The notes under the pieces were generated by a model. That model searched no databases, was not told the origin of the DNA, and saw nothing but the letters and a program-made list of their open reading frames with translations. DNA of 63,792 nt, the filler included, from Choristocarpus tenellus KU-1152 (taxonomy: Eukaryota > Protista > Phaeophyceae): NCBI GenBank assembly GCA_964200185.2. It is 14 parts of 14 records of this genome, joined end to end, with 100 filler letters (N's around TTAATTAATTAA, not from the genome) between each part and the next. Parts side by side here need not be neighbours in the genome. Positions count along the whole stretch, not along the records: positions 61,290 to 63,792 come from CAXNAD020027273.1; 13 more parts are not named here. The stretch is one strand, 5' to 3'. This document shows, piece after piece, positions 63,068 through 63,792 of the stretch (position 1 is the stretch's first letter; each line of letters starts with the position of its first letter). The position numbers and the translations under genes were made by a program.

Positions 63068-63792
63068 ATTATATTGCCCTCAGTCATTTTTCAGATGTGT
63101 CAAGGGGAAAACTAATGAGAATTGTTTCACTTATCAGTATAAGCCCTAAAGAAAATGAAATATGTCACAAATGTGCAAAACATTAATCTATTTGTTATTT
63201 CACTACTATCTATGTTGTACCACTGCCTTCCTGCGCCTCCAATCTACCTTTCCTGTGCCTCGGGGTGAGGAGCTAGGGAGGCATCCCAAGAATCCAACAA
63301 ATCCCTCCCTACCCATCTCACTTTTGACTCCAGCTTGAATGCATGACACGTCTAGACAGTGCCACTTGCGTAGTTTCTGAGACAATTTAGCGTAGCCGGG
63401 ATTTAATCACTCCTTTCCTGCTATATCCTCTGGTTCCTCTCCCCTCCACCACGTGTGTAGCCAGTTCATCCAATAAAATTTCCGCTTGCTTGCGAGGCGC
63501 CCATTACTTTCCACCGCGAAGGTGTTGAAGTTATAACCACGAGGATCAAAAGAACCCTCATAGTGGGTGCGCTTTCGCGCCTCAGCTGCTGCTGCAGCTA
63601 CACCATTGCTGGTGGATGAGTGTGCAAGATGGGAGGTTGCCTGCACTTCTGCAAATGTAACATGAACCAGAAGGCCTTTGTCTCATTAGGGAGCTGTTCC
63701 AGTGTCTGCCAGTGCCCCTGCATAGAAAACTAGATCCATGCGGAGATTTCTCTCTAGCGTGAAGGGGCTGCCGTCCTCCGTAGTGCAAGGGA
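63068..63792 (-). mobile_element. RLE LINE 3' portion
   Basis: SSTSNGVAAAAAEARKRTHYEGSFDPRGYNFNTFAVES is near-identical to the 10639 ORF; same 3' UTR and terminal stem-loop. Confidence 0.85.

Overview
Eukaryotic, intron-rich and repeat-rich DNA. The gene content, TTAGGG motifs and LINE type suggest a brown alga or related stramenopile (inference). The window is 14 contigs joined by artificial 100-nt linkers (N44-TTAATTAATTAA-N44), so adjacency across linkers cannot be assumed. Host genes, complete or partial: a PX-like domain protein with a GC-AG intron, a degenerate PhoD-like protein, a CFAP97/Hemingway-domain protein, an FCP1/NIF (CTD small phosphatase-like) protein, a DNAH6-like dynein heavy chain N-terminus, an STK16-like kinase C-terminus and a TMEM8/PGAP6-family membrane protein. 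Mobile DNA: about 30 copies or fragments of at least four internally unrelated MITE families sharing one terminal signature (G-R-G-T-C-A-A-A, mostly followed by GTATCT) with 3-4 bp TSDs, including a 46-bp micro-element. Also present are many 5'-truncated copies of an RLE-endonuclease LINE with a conserved 3' stem-loop and (TAA)n tail, a 1.12-kb foldback made of two inverted LTR-like arms flanked by a 4-bp duplication, and Gypsy RT, CCHC gag and DD39D-type mariner relics. The best novelty candidates are the shared-terminus MITE system and the LTR-derived foldback. No tRNA, rRNA or CRISPR array was seen. All calls were made by eye, without database searches.
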